This document shows, one piece after another, positions 37,733 to 46,847 of a DNA stretch of 64,000 nucleotides; the stretch's first letter is position 1; every line of letters begins with the position of its first letter. The notes beneath the pieces are model-generated. The model was not told the DNA's origin. It saw only the letters and a program-made list of their open reading frames with translations, and ran no database searches. The translations under genes and the position numbers were made by a program. The DNA comes from a virus. Where the stretch lies: positions 19,722 to 83,721 of the IMG/VR virus record IMGVR_UViG_3300042900_000549; one strand, 5' to 3'.

Positions 37733-38065
37733 GTAAGGTCCCGCAATTCCATCATTCAACATTCTTTCATTGATCGTAACAGGATCTCCAACACAATAAA
37801 GAGTTCCCAAAAATCTTCCATACTTATCTTCTTTGGAAGTTTCAATAATCCACTCTCCTTCACGGGAGAGTTCTTTTTTTAGCCATTCTTTTGCTGCCAG
37901 ACCTTTTACCTTCTCCACTGTATCGGTGGTTCTGGTTTCAGCAGCATCAATACCATTAAGTCTAACTCTATGAGATATTGTAATACCAAAACCTAAATCG
38001 ATATCAACATCAATAGTATCACCATCAACTATTTTTTTGATGGCCTTGATCTTATAACTATACAT
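37724..38065 (-). CDS. Thermonuclease (SNase-like) nuclease
   Basis: VDGDTID, RVRLNGIDAAE, DKYGRFLG. Confidence 0.85.
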   Translation of the reverse strand: MYSYKIKAIKKIVDGDTIDVDIDLGFGITISHRVRLNGIDAAETRTTDTVEKVKGLAAKEWLKKELSREGEWIIETSKEDKYGRFLGTLYCVGDPVTINERMLNDGIAGPYLG

Positions 38066-38213
38066 TTTTACCTCCTTTTTTCCAAATTCTACGAATTGCT
38101 GAACGAACTTCTGGTGCTTGCTGTTTTATTTTGATGTTTCGGTTCTCATTGAAGAAACCATCATTAGTCAGTAATCTAATGAGTATGAGTATCGGAAGAA
38201 TTATTTTCGTCAT
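38058..38213 (-). CDS. Small hypothetical protein
   Basis: MTKIILPILILIRLLTNDG...; part of a minus-strand gene run. Confidence 0.5.
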   Translation of the reverse strand: MTKIILPILILIRLLTNDGFFNENRNIKIKQQAPEVRSAIRRIWKKGGKNV

Positions 38214-38304
38214 TATCCCAGTTAAGAATTTTGTAAATGCACCATAGGGATCCAATCAGTCCAATACCTAATAGTATATTTACACTCCATACTGGGTCAG
38301 TCAT
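38176..38304 (-). CDS. Small membrane peptide (42 aa)
   Basis: MTDPVWSVNILLGIGLIGSLWCIYKILNWD...; overlaps the upstream stop. Confidence 0.5.
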   Translation of the reverse strand: MTDPVWSVNILLGIGLIGSLWCIYKILNWDNDENNSSDTHTH

Positions 38305-38495
38305 AATCTTCCTTCTGTTTTATGTATCCATTCCTTCAACTCAGCAACATATTTTCTAAGTTCCTGTGCCTTATTTAGATGCCATTCATCACCACTCTTG
38401 AAGTACTCCTGAGTATGATTATCTATTGCCTTCAGAATATTGTGTATGGGAGTATTCCAATGCTCTCTATGGGGAGTATTCCATTCCCGTGGCAT
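38301..38495 (-). CDS. Conserved cyanophage hypothetical protein
   Basis: MPREWNTP.RE.WN.PIH.ILKAIDNH. Confidence 0.7.
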   Translation of the reverse strand: MPREWNTPHREHWNTPIHNILKAIDNHTQEYFKSGDEWHLNKAQELRKYVAELKEWIHKTEGRL

Positions 38496-38584
38496 TTTTT
38501 GGGAAGCAGTTTGAAGTATTTAGATTAGTGAAATCCACAATTGGTCCAGAAAAAAATAAACGACGAGATATTTGAGAAAAGGGG

Positions 38585-38613
38585 TTGACAGCAGGTTCTG
38601 ATGGTGCTATGAT
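38585..38613 (+). promoter_or_regulatory. psbA promoter
   Basis: TTGACA-17-TATGAT with an adjacent ATAAATA late-like box. Confidence 0.7.
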
Positions 38614-38639
38614 AAATACATAAGCAAGTCAGGGAATCC

Positions 38640-38757
38640 TCACATTGCTCCCGTGCTTACCGAGACTTTGCACGATAAATACGTCTCTCATATCTTCTCT
38701 AGGGGTGAGAAGAAATACTGATCCTATTCGTCTCCCTACGAATTATTACTTAACCCT
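38640..38757 (+). ncRNA. PhotoRC-II-like psbA leader RNA
   Basis: ACCGAGAC...GTCTCTCATATC...AGGGGTG...TCCCT blocks directly upstream of phage psbA. Confidence 0.7.
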
Positions 38758-38766
38758 TTTTTACAA

Positions 38767-39777
38767 ATGACTGCTACAATTGCTACACGCTCTAATACTA
38801 ATCTATGGAATGATTTCTGTTCCTGGATTACTTCAACGAATAACAGGTTATATGTTGGGTGGTTCGGAGTCCTTATGATTCCCTGCCTTCTCGCAGCGAC
38901 TACTTGCTTCATTATTGCTTTTATTGGTGCTCCCCCTGTTGATATTGATGGGATCAGAGAACCAGTTGCTGGGTCTCTTATGTACGGAAACAACATCATC
39001 TCTGGTGCCGTTGTTCCTTCTTCTAATGCTATCGGACTTCACTTTTATCCTATCTGGGAAGCAGCAAGTCTTGATGAATGGCTCTATAATGGTGGTCCTT
39101 TTCAACTTGTTGTATTTCACTTCCTCATCGGCATTTATGCTTATATGGGTCGTGAATGGGAACTCTCCTATCGTCTAGGAATGCGTCCCTGGATTATGGT
39201 TGCTTACAGTGCTCCTGTTGCTGCTGCTACTGCCGTATTCCTAGTCTATCCCTTTGGTCAAGGTTCTTTCTCTGATGCTATGCCTCTTGGAATTTCTGGA
39301 ACCTTTAATTATATGCTTGTCTTCCAGGCAGAACATAACATCCTTATGCACCCCTTTCACATGTTAGGCGTCGCAGGTGTCTTCGGCGGATCACTTTTTA
39401 GCGCCATGCACGGTTCACTGGTGACTTCTTCACTGGTTCGTGAGACTACTGAAACTGAATCCCAAAACTACGGATATAAGTTCGGTCAAGAAGAAGAGAC
39501 TTACAACATTGTTGCTGCACACGGTTACTTCGGTCGTCTTATTTTCCAATATGCGTCTTTCAATAACTCACGCAGTCTCCACTTCTTTCTGGCTGCCTGG
39601 CCAGTAGTTGGTATTTGGTTTACTGCTCTTGGCGTAAGCACAATGGCATTTAATCTGAACGGTTTTAATTTTAACCAGTCCATCGTTGATAGTCAAAACC
39701 GAGTAGTTCCTACTTGGGCGGACATTTTAACACGAGCAGGATTGGGTATGGAAGTGATGCACGAAAGGAACGCACAT
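38767..39777 (+). CDS. psbA: Photosystem II D1 protein, exon 1
   Basis: D1 sequence up to [10 protein letters not shown]; the frame is interrupted by an intron. Confidence 0.97.
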
Positions 39778-40017
39778 TAGTAAAATAGTGTCCTTACTGA
39801 GAAATTGGTAAGTGTAAATCGGATGAATTGCTGGAAACCCTCCAAATATAAGGGCAATCAGCATCCAAGTCTCAGATACATCTGAGAAAGGTTCAACGAC
39901 TACCTGAGGGATATAGTTCCCTTAATAACAGGCAAGAGCGTCCGACACCTAAGTTCTAATAGAATACGGTGATGATATAGTCTTCTCCATAAGAATGGTA
40001 AACTTATGGGTCCAGAG
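39778..40017 (+). mobile_element. Group I intron (240 nt, no ORF) in psbA
   Basis: Exon ends in U that pairs with G in P1; P AATTGCTGGAAA, Q AATCAGCA, R TCAACGACTA, S GATATAGTC; terminal G; splicing restores NAH-NFPLDLA. Confidence 0.93.
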
Positions 40018-40086
40018 AACTTTCCTTTAGATCTTGCATTTTTAGAATCAACCCCAGTTGCTCTAACGGCACCTACAGTAGGTTGA
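40018..40086 (+). CDS. psbA: Photosystem II D1 protein, exon 2
   Basis: NFPLDLAFLESTPVALTAPTVG*; spliced protein is 359 aa. Confidence 0.93.
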   Translation, partial: NFPLDLAFLESTPVALTAPTVG

Positions 40087-40114
40087 TATAACTTCCAACT
40101 AATGGTATAATATT

Positions 40115-40149
40115 GAGGAACTCTTCGGGGTTCCTTTTTTGTATAAATA
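40115..40149 (+). terminator. psbA terminator followed by a late promoter
   Basis: AGGAACTC-TTCG-GGGTTCCT plus T run; TATAAATA at 40142. Confidence 0.8.
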
Positions 40150-40178
40150 ACTATAGCACTAACTTTGGATTAGAAGTA

Positions 40179-40913
40179 ATGAAAAATGTATTTTACACTT
40201 ATGCTTATTTGAGGGAGGATGGAACTCCTTATTATATTGGTAAGGGTAAAGGTAAAAGAGCATATGATAGAAAAAGGCATAGTGCTTATGTCCCATCAAG
40301 AAATAGGATTTTAATATTAAAGAAAAATCTTACTGAAGATGAAGCATTTATTCACGAAATTTATATGATTTCAATCTTTGGTAGAAAAGATTTGGAAACT
40401 GGTATTCTTTATAATCTAACAGATGGTGGAGATGGACCTTCTGGATATGTTTATACAGAAGAACAAAGGAAAAAAATGGGAGATATGCGTAGAGGAAAGA
40501 AGAGACCAAGACAAAGTAAGATTATGAAGGAAAAAAATCATTTACAAATAGTGAATGAAAATAAAATAAACGAATTGAGAAAAAATTGTCCACCAGAAAA
40601 AATTGCTGAACTTTATATTGAGGGTAAAACTCTTAGAGAAATAAAATCAATTTTGGGATGTGGGATGGTTTGGATTAGAAAATCATTGGATGAAATGGAA
40701 GTTAAAATAAGACATAGAAACGACTATGGAAATCCTATGAACGACAAAGAAGTTAGAGATAAAATTTCTCAAAAAGCAATAGAAAGAGGTGCTTGGTCTG
40801 GGGATAAAAATCCAAATTCAGGGGAAGGTATTTGTAGGGATAAAATAATACAAAGAACAAAAGAAGTAAATACTGGAAAACAAAATTGGAAGTATAGGAA
40901 ACCTAAAAACTAA
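40179..40913 (+). CDS. Free-standing GIY-YIG homing endonuclease with NUMOD3-like and HTH regions
   Basis: [40 protein letters not shown]. Confidence 0.82.
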   Translation: MKNVFYTYAYLREDGTPYYIGKGKGKRAYDRKRHSAYVPSRNRILILKKNLTEDEAFIHEIYMISIFGRKDLETGILYNLTDGGDGPSGYVYTEEQRKKMGDMRRGKKRPRQSKIMKEKNHLQIVNENKINELRKNCPPEKIAELYIEGKTLREIKSILGCGMVWIRKSLDEMEVKIRHRNDYGNPMNDKEVRDKISQKAIERGAWSGDKNPNSGEGICRDKIIQRTKEVNTGKQNWKYRKPKN

Positions 40914-40914
40914 A

Positions 40915-40983
40915 ATGCTAATAATCCTCACAGTCTTCCAAGTATTCGGATTCTTCCTCTTCATAATGTCTCTGCTCTCTTGA
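40915..40983 (+). CDS. Very small hydrophobic peptide (22 aa)
   Basis: MLIILTVFQVFGFFLFIMSLLS; diverged copy at 45862. Confidence 0.4.
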   Translation: MLIILTVFQVFGFFLFIMSLLS

Positions 40984-41034
40984 CGCCATTCAATAAGACT
41001 GCTATAATACGCACAAAGACACAAAACAATTATG
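40979..41034 (+). repeat. Promoter/leader direct repeat, copy 1
   Basis: TTGACGCCATTCAATAAGACTGCTATAATACGCACAAAGACACAAAACAATTATG. Confidence 0.85.
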
Positions 41035-41799
41035 ACTGAATTCACACAAGAACAAGTAGAAGAATTTAATAAATGCAAAAATGACCCAGTATATTTCATT
41101 AACAATTATGTGAAATTTGTAACTATTGATAAGGGACTCACAGACTTCAAACTCTATCCCTATCAAGAAGACCTGATTAATAAGTATCATAACAACCGCT
41201 TCAATATATGTAAAAGTTCAAGACAAGTAGGTAAAACTTCAACTGGTCTCTTCTATGTTTTACATCACATAATTTTTAATGATAATGTGACTGATGGGAT
41301 ATTCTCCTTTAATACATTAAATGCTCGTAATAGTTTACAAAGATTAATGACTGCTTATGAAAATCTTCCAGAATGGATGCAACATAAGGTTATCATTAAG
41401 AATAAGTCCACATTAGAATTGGAGAATGGTTCTAGAGTTATTGTAGGTAATACAACATATAATAGTTTCAAGGGTCGGATGTTTAATCTTACCTTCCTAG
41501 ATGAGTTTGCATTTGTTCCAGATAAAGATGCACAGAGCGTAGTAGATATAATGCTCCCTATGTTTACTGCAAATAAATCTAGTAAAGTCGTCATTGCATC
41601 TTCATTTAAACCTAAAGATAACTGCTTCAATAAAATCTGGAAAGACTCTGAAGATGGTAAGAATTCTTTTGTAAGAACTACAATCAAATGGTATGAGATT
41701 CCAGGGAGGGATGAAGAATGGAAAGAACAGATGATTGCTAATATAGGTATTGATGCCTGGAATCAGGAATTTGAATGTGAGTCTGCAGAGAACCCTTGA
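41032..41799 (+). CDS. Terminase large subunit (gp17) paralog, ATPase domain only
   Basis: KCKNDPVYF, LYPYQ, SRQVGKT, FLDEFAFV; ends at QEFECE. Confidence 0.85.
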   Translation: MTEFTQEQVEEFNKCKNDPVYFINNYVKFVTIDKGLTDFKLYPYQEDLINKYHNNRFNICKSSRQVGKTSTGLFYVLHHIIFNDNVTDGIFSFNTLNARNSLQRLMTAYENLPEWMQHKVIIKNKSTLELENGSRVIVGNTTYNSFKGRMFNLTFLDEFAFVPDKDAQSVVDIMLPMFTANKSSKVVIASSFKPKDNCFNKIWKDSEDGKNSFVRTTIKWYEIPGRDEEWKEQMIANIGIDAWNQEFECESAENP

Positions 41800-41849
41800 C
41801 GCCATTCAATAAGACGCCTATAATACTCACAAAGTCGCAAAACATTATG
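41795..41849 (+). repeat. Promoter/leader direct repeat, copy 2
   Basis: TTGACGCCATTCAATAAGACGCCTATAATACTCACAAAGTCGCAAAACATTATG. Confidence 0.85.
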
Positions 41850-42065
41850 AAAGCAACAGAATTTTGCTATTGGTTACAGGGTTATTTTGAACTGGACCAG
41901 GCATCCTCAAAACCTGGGAACTCCCTCTCAGACGAGCAAGTAGAGGTCATTCGGAGGCATCTTGCACTAGTCTTTAAGCACGACATTGACCCACAAGCAG
42001 GACCATCAAAATATCAGGCAGCGTTGAATGATATTCATGGTGGTAATGGAATGTATAGGTGTTGA
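41847..42065 (+). CDS. Hypothetical protein
   Basis: MKATEFCYWLQGYFEL...IRRHLALVF. Confidence 0.7.
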   Translation: MKATEFCYWLQGYFELDQASSKPGNSLSDEQVEVIRRHLALVFKHDIDPQAGPSKYQAALNDIHGGNGMYRC

Positions 42066-42077
42066 TAAAAATTAATT

Positions 42078-42437
42078 ATGGATTGGTTAGAACCCCTTAG
42101 ACAAGATACTGAAAGAATCCGCCAGGAAAACATAAAAATCAGAGAAGAGACTGAAAAACTTAGAGAGAGTAACCGAAAACTTAAAGAATTAAATCAAAAC
42201 CCAGAAAGACTATCAAAAATCGTTGAAAAGACAACTATGACTGAAAAAACATTTGACCCAAACCCAACAACTGAATGTGTAGCAAAAGAACCTACAGAAA
42301 GTCAGATTAGAAAGCGTATGGAATTAACTCAAGAAAGTTATTATACTGCTAGAGAAAATCTCCGAGAAGAAGCATACAAAACAACACATAGCAAACCACC
42401 AGGACAATCTTGGGGGGATTACTGGAAAAGTTATTGA
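42078..42437 (+). CDS. Hypothetical protein with a coiled-coil N-terminus
   Basis: ORF; possible internal start at MTEKTFDP. Confidence 0.55.
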   Translation: MDWLEPLRQDTERIRQENIKIREETEKLRESNRKLKELNQNPERLSKIVEKTTMTEKTFDPNPTTECVAKEPTESQIRKRMELTQESYYTARENLREEAYKTTHSKPPGQSWGDYWKSY

Positions 42438-42453
42438 AATTAGGAGAAACTAA

Positions 42454-42594
42454 ATGAAAGAAGAACAGAATGAAAAAACACCAGAACAACTTTTTGAAGA
42501 AGTTCTAATGGATAGGAATGGACTATCTCTTATGGATTTATTGGTACATCCAGATTTAAAAACCTTTGTTGATAATTTTGAGGATAACAAATGA
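42454..42594 (+). CDS. Small acidic hypothetical protein (46 aa)
   Basis: AGGAG RBS; ATGA overlap with the next gene. Confidence 0.55.
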   Translation: MKEEQNEKTPEQLFEEVLMDRNGLSLMDLLVHPDLKTFVDNFEDNK

Positions 42595-42950
42595 CTTTCT
42601 CAAGAGCAATTCTAGGAACCGATAAGACCAAAATGAACTGGTGGCAGTATTGGGTCGGTCACTGTTTTATGACTGGATGGACTTCAATGTATTACAATTT
42701 TCATACCTGGATGGATCTTGTATGGTTTGAGGACAATCAAAAGAACTATACACTCCTAAAAGACGATGAACCCTTTGAGCAGTGCTATCTGACTTTCTGG
42801 TGTGATTTGAATGATGACGACACTTATCCGCAAGAATTCTTGGAATCTCTAATGGGACTTGTAGATAGAATAAAGCGAGGTGAAGAAGAGATAATTCCAA
42901 TTGATGAAAATTACTTGGATAATATAAAAAGAGAGTTATATGGCGAATAA
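42591..42950 (+). CDS. Hypothetical protein
   Basis: Trp-rich ORF; DDTYPQEFLE motif. Confidence 0.65.
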   Translation: MTFSRAILGTDKTKMNWWQYWVGHCFMTGWTSMYYNFHTWMDLVWFEDNQKNYTLLKDDEPFEQCYLTFWCDLNDDDTYPQEFLESLMGLVDRIKRGEEEIIPIDENYLDNIKRELYGE

Positions 42951-43098
42951 ATATGCCGTCATTCTTCATAGTCTTGTAGATAATGCAACAGTCTCTATTC
43001 AAGTTTTGGTGAATAGTGAAATGACTGCAAGACAACTGAAGACTTATTATCAATCTTTAAGTATTACTATTTCTAATGTGGAGGTGATTTCAGTATGA
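42940..43098 (+). CDS. Small hypothetical protein (52 aa)
   Basis: MANKYAVILHSLVDNATVSIQVLV... Confidence 0.45.
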   Translation: MANKYAVILHSLVDNATVSIQVLVNSEMTARQLKTYYQSLSITISNVEVISV

Positions 43099-43156
43099 TG
43101 GGACCAGAACTCATAAGACCCATAACAATATAAATATATAAGAAATATAATTTTTG

Positions 43157-43933
43157 ATGGAAGAACTTTCAGAATTATTTAAAATAGTTGCAGAAGAAAA
43201 GAAAAAGAAAAAACTAGAGATGGAATCTTTAGTTGGTGATTCTTTTGAAAAACTTTTTATTGAGCAACTGAAACCTAAAAAGAAAAAAAATATTCTAAAG
43301 AAAATACAAGAACCCCAAATTGTTGAAGTAATAGAAGTAAAAAAAGATACTTTAATAGAAAAATCATTAGGTCTTCTTTCAGAACCCTCGGAAGTTAAAC
43401 AGCAAACTGATCCCTTAACACCACTAGATCAAAACTTTGCAACACTTGATGATTTACAAAAGCATTATAGCACTTTCCTGTCTCGTATTCAGCAACAACT
43501 CTCTACAGTAGGTGGAGGTGGTGAAACTCGTCTTGAGTTCTTGGATGATATTGATAGGAACTCTGCAAAGACTGATAATTACTTTCTCAAATATGATGCA
43601 ACGCTCAATAAGTGGATAGGAGATCCTGCTGATGGCGTAGGTATTACAAGTATTGTATCCATTGCAGGAGTTACTACATACTATCAAGCAAATGCTGCTG
43701 ATGATTATATTGGTGTAAGTGCTAATGTTCCTGTGACGATTGTATTACCACAAATACCTTCTTATGGTAAAAAACTGATTGTAAAAGATGAGGGAAATCG
43801 AATAAATACATATAATATTACAGTTCAAGCAGGTATTGGTAAGAGTGTCGAGAATGATATTTCAGTCATTATGAGTAGCAATCACCAATCCTTTAGTTTT
43901 TTCTATAATGGTTCCAACTGGTATATCGTATAA
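43157..43933 (+). CDS. Virion structural protein
   Basis: Late promoter at 43129; QQQLSTVGGGGE motif; C-terminal DDYIGV..IVKDE..NGSNWY fibre-type module. Confidence 0.7.
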   Translation: MEELSELFKIVAEEKKKKKLEMESLVGDSFEKLFIEQLKPKKKKNILKKIQEPQIVEVIEVKKDTLIEKSLGLLSEPSEVKQQTDPLTPLDQNFATLDDLQKHYSTFLSRIQQQLSTVGGGGETRLEFLDDIDRNSAKTDNYFLKYDATLNKWIGDPADGVGITSIVSIAGVTTYYQANAADDYIGVSANVPVTIVLPQIPSYGKKLIVKDEGNRINTYNITVQAGIGKSVENDISVIMSSNHQSFSFFYNGSNWYIV

Positions 43934-45849
43934 TGTCTTATAATCCTCTTCCACAACCAGCAGATGTAGTAGTTAATACAGGGGTATCTACAAGTCCTGT
44001 AAGTTTTTCCAATCCATTTCCAGTATCTCTTGGTTCTTCCAATATTACAATTACTGGTGATGTAAATGTAGGTACAACAGTATCAGTCACAAGTACTCCA
44101 CAAGACCCAGTTCATACGCACATCACAGAAGTTGGTTCAAGTGGTATTTTAGAGGATGAAAATATTCCTTATCTTCCAGTTGGCATTTCCTCATTACTGA
44201 ATACTGTATCAATCTCAAATACAAGTTTTTATATTCTAAATCCAGTTACTTCGGTAACCGTAGGAGGAACTGTATCAATTGCTAATACAGTATCAATCTC
44301 AAATACAAGTTTTTATATAACCAACCCGGTTACATCAGTAACTGTAGGTGGAACTGTATCAATTGCTAATACAGTATCAATCTCTAACACTTCATTCTAC
44401 ATAACCAATCCAGTCACTACAGTTGCAGTATCAGGTATTGGTTCTACAGTCACAGTTCAGGGAACAGTAGGAATTGGAACAACAGGGCAAGTATCACTCA
44501 ACCTTAATAGTGCTCCTGTAAGTTCTAGTAATCCCCTACCAGTCACAGGAAATATTGGATTGAGTTCATCTGGAAATATTGTAAGAGTTGGTCTTGGAAC
44601 CACAACTATTGAATTGGTAGATAACAATAAACCATTTCCAGTTTATCTTGCAAATATAACGGCAACAAGTAAAAGAAGATTGGAAATTTCTACATACGAA
44701 ACTAATTTCTTTAATACATTCCAATTCAATAAAGAAACTGATGTTTGGGATGAAAGAGTATCTATTGGAGGAAATTCAATTCATATTCCAACATTAAGTG
44801 GAATTGGAATGTCTGTAACTTCTTCTGCTGGTTCTGAAGTCATTCGTCAAACCAGAAATGTAATGAAATACATTCCCGGTAGAGATTGTGATTTAGCATT
44901 TGCAATTAGATTAACAAATCCTGTTATTGGAGTTCGTAGAAGATTTGGATTATTTGATGAAAATGATGGTATTTACTTTGAGGATGGTGGAGATGGTGAT
45001 TATTATTGTTGTGTAAGAAATAGTAATGGTGCATCTGCAGGTATTGGGACGACTACACTAACTAGAATTCCTCGTAGTCAATGGAATGGAGACAAATTAG
45101 ATGGTAATGGCGTAAGTCGAATTACTGCAGATCCTGATGCTCAACAAATAGTTAATTTTCATTATGAATGGTATGGTGCAGGAAGAATTGAATATCAATT
45201 TGTTATTGATGGAACAATACACACGATTCATACTATAGATAATGCGAACAAATTAAAAGGTCCTTGGTGTGCAACTCCATTTTTACCAATTAGATGTGAA
45301 ATTACCAACGTAACTGGTGCTGCAGGAACTCACTATCTTTATCAGGGTTCTAATTCATTAACCACTAATGGACTTCAAACTAAATCAGGAATTGCTGGTA
45401 ATATTTCATCTCCAATTACAGGTACAGATCTTGGTTCTTCCTATACTTTTACGCCAGTTTTAAGTATTCGTCTTAAGACAATAGCACTTAAAGGTATTGT
45501 ATTACCTACATTCTTTCAAGTTGCTACTGTTGATAATACTAATTTATTTTACAGATTAATAAGAAATGCCCCACTTACAAATCCAGTTTGGGTAGATAAT
45601 CCAGATCCCAATGGATTTACCCAATATGATGTTTCGGCTTCGGGAATAGGAACAACTGGTGTAATAATTGATTCTGGATTTTTTATTACTGGTGGTGGTG
45701 CAGCAGCAATTGCATTAGACAAAGAAACCATCTATCAAATTGGTAGGAGTGGAATTGGAACTATTAGTGATACATTTACAATTGCTTGCGCGTCTGCAAT
45801 TTCAAATAAAAATGCAGTTGCTGCTCTTACTTGGATTGAGCAGAGGTGA
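43933..45849 (+). CDS. Virion structural or fibre-like protein
   Basis: Val/Thr/Ser-rich repeats, GIGT motifs, lectin-like C-terminal domain (EWYGAG, PFLPIR). Confidence 0.7.
   Translation: MSYNPLPQPADVVVNTGVSTSPVSFSNPFPVSLGSSNITITGDVNVGTTVSVTSTPQDPVHTHITEVGSSGILEDENIPYLPVGISSLLNTVSISNTSFYILNPVTSVTVGGTVSIANTVSISNTSFYITNPVTSVTVGGTVSIANTVSISNTSFYITNPVTTVAVSGIGSTVTVQGTVGIGTTGQVSLNLNSAPVSSSNPLPVTGNIGLSSSGNIVRVGLGTTTIELVDNNKPFPVYLANITATSKRRLEISTYETNFFNTFQFNKETDVWDERVSIGGNSIHIPTLSGIGMSVTSSAGSEVIRQTRNVMKYIPGRDCDLAFAIRLTNPVIGVRRRFGLFDENDGIYFEDGGDGDYYCCVRNSNGASAGIGTTTLTRIPRSQWNGDKLDGNGVSRITADPDAQQIVNFHYEWYGAGRIEYQFVIDGTIHTIHTIDNANKLKGPWCATPFLPIRCEITNVTGAAGTHYLYQGSNSLTTNGLQTKSGIAGNISSPITGTDLGSSYTFTPVLSIRLKTIALKGIVLPTFFQVATVDNTNLFYRLIRNAPLTNPVWVDNPDPNGFTQYDVSASGIGTTGVIIDSGFFITGGGAAAIALDKETIYQIGRSGIGTISDTFTIACASAISNKNAVAALTWIEQR
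44200..44418 (+). repeat. 84-bp (28-aa) coding tandem repeat, about 2.6 copies
   Basis: NTVSISNTSFYIxNPVTSVTVGGTVSIA repeated. Confidence 0.85.
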
Positions 45850-45982
45850 GTAGGTAATTAAATCCTCGCAGCATTCATAGCATTCGGATTCTTCCTCTTT
45901 CTAATGTCTTTGCTATAATATCTTCCTCTGGTCTTTACAAAAACTCACAAGTACCCTATACTGGTAAAAAGATTTCAAAAAA

Positions 45983-46306
45983 ATGAAAAAGTATAATGAT
46001 GAATATTTTTCAGTGATTGATAAAAGAATTGGAAAAAAAATTGTAGATTGTGGTGAATATTCGGATGCAATGATGATGTTTGACACAGATCCACACAATC
46101 GCCAAATTATTAAAAATAAATTTCTGATGGGTCAAGTTGTTGATATTGAGATGCCAAAGGCACTCCCAACCTCAGATATTGTTGTAAATATGGATGGTGG
46201 AGTTGGTGGTTCCTGGAAAGTAAACGAATCAACAGGAAATGGACCTAGTGAATCACTACCACAAATCAAACTTCCAGAAGGACAAAAAAAACCAGTAGTA
46301 GTATGA
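45983..46306 (+). CDS. Hypothetical protein
   Basis: ORF with phage-like codon usage. Confidence 0.65.
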   Translation: MKKYNDEYFSVIDKRIGKKIVDCGEYSDAMMMFDTDPHNRQIIKNKFLMGQVVDIEMPKALPTSDIVVNMDGGVGGSWKVNESTGNGPSESLPQIKLPEGQKKPVVV

Positions 46307-46478
46307 TGCAAAATATCAATTGGATTAATATTCTATTAGACCTTTATATCATTTATTATGGGTTCAACTATGGGAGAAATAATAAAGATGAATCATAAGA
46401 CAACGCTATCAGAACAGTTTCACTACATTTATATCACACTCAAAGAAACTCTAAATATTTTTGGTACACATCTTAAGA

Positions 46479-46847
46479 ATGCCACTTTATTCTACTTCAG
46501 ACGAACTTTTGTACAATCTTGAAGCAACTACAAGTTCCGAAGCAAAAAGAAAATGGAGACAATCAATCAAAGAAAAATGGAATTATGAATGTGCATATTG
46601 CGAATCTTATCAGAATTTAACATTAGATCATATTACTCCAAGATCTAAAGGTGGAAGTGACCGAGTTACAAATGTCTTATGTGCTTGCAGAAAATGCAAC
46701 ACTTCCAAAGGTCATCAAGATTGGTATGATTGGTATATGCAACAACCATTCTTTACAACTGAAAAATTATCTGCTATTATAGAATGGCGAAAGCAAACAA
46801 ATGATAATGAATACTATACGTATCATCCAAGAAAAAATATAATTTAA
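46479..46847 (+). CDS. HNH endonuclease
   Basis: CAYC..LTLDHITPRSKGG..NVLCACRKCNTSKG. Confidence 0.9.
   Translation: MPLYSTSDELLYNLEATTSSEAKRKWRQSIKEKWNYECAYCESYQNLTLDHITPRSKGGSDRVTNVLCACRKCNTSKGHQDWYDWYMQQPFFTTEKLSAIIEWRKQTNDNEYYTYHPRKNII

Noticed and set aside
38767-39780. psbA as a truncated 337-aa pseudogene
   Set aside because: The TAG is the first three bases of a group I intron, and the missing C-terminus resumes at 40018.
40087-40178. Antisense arm for the psbA-adjacent endonuclease, like the one at 33911
   Set aside because: Complementarity (ACTTCCAA vs TTAGAAGT) is only 7 of 8 bp and has no separate late promoter.
40087-41000. psbD after psbA
   Set aside because: No D2-like sequence is present in this window.
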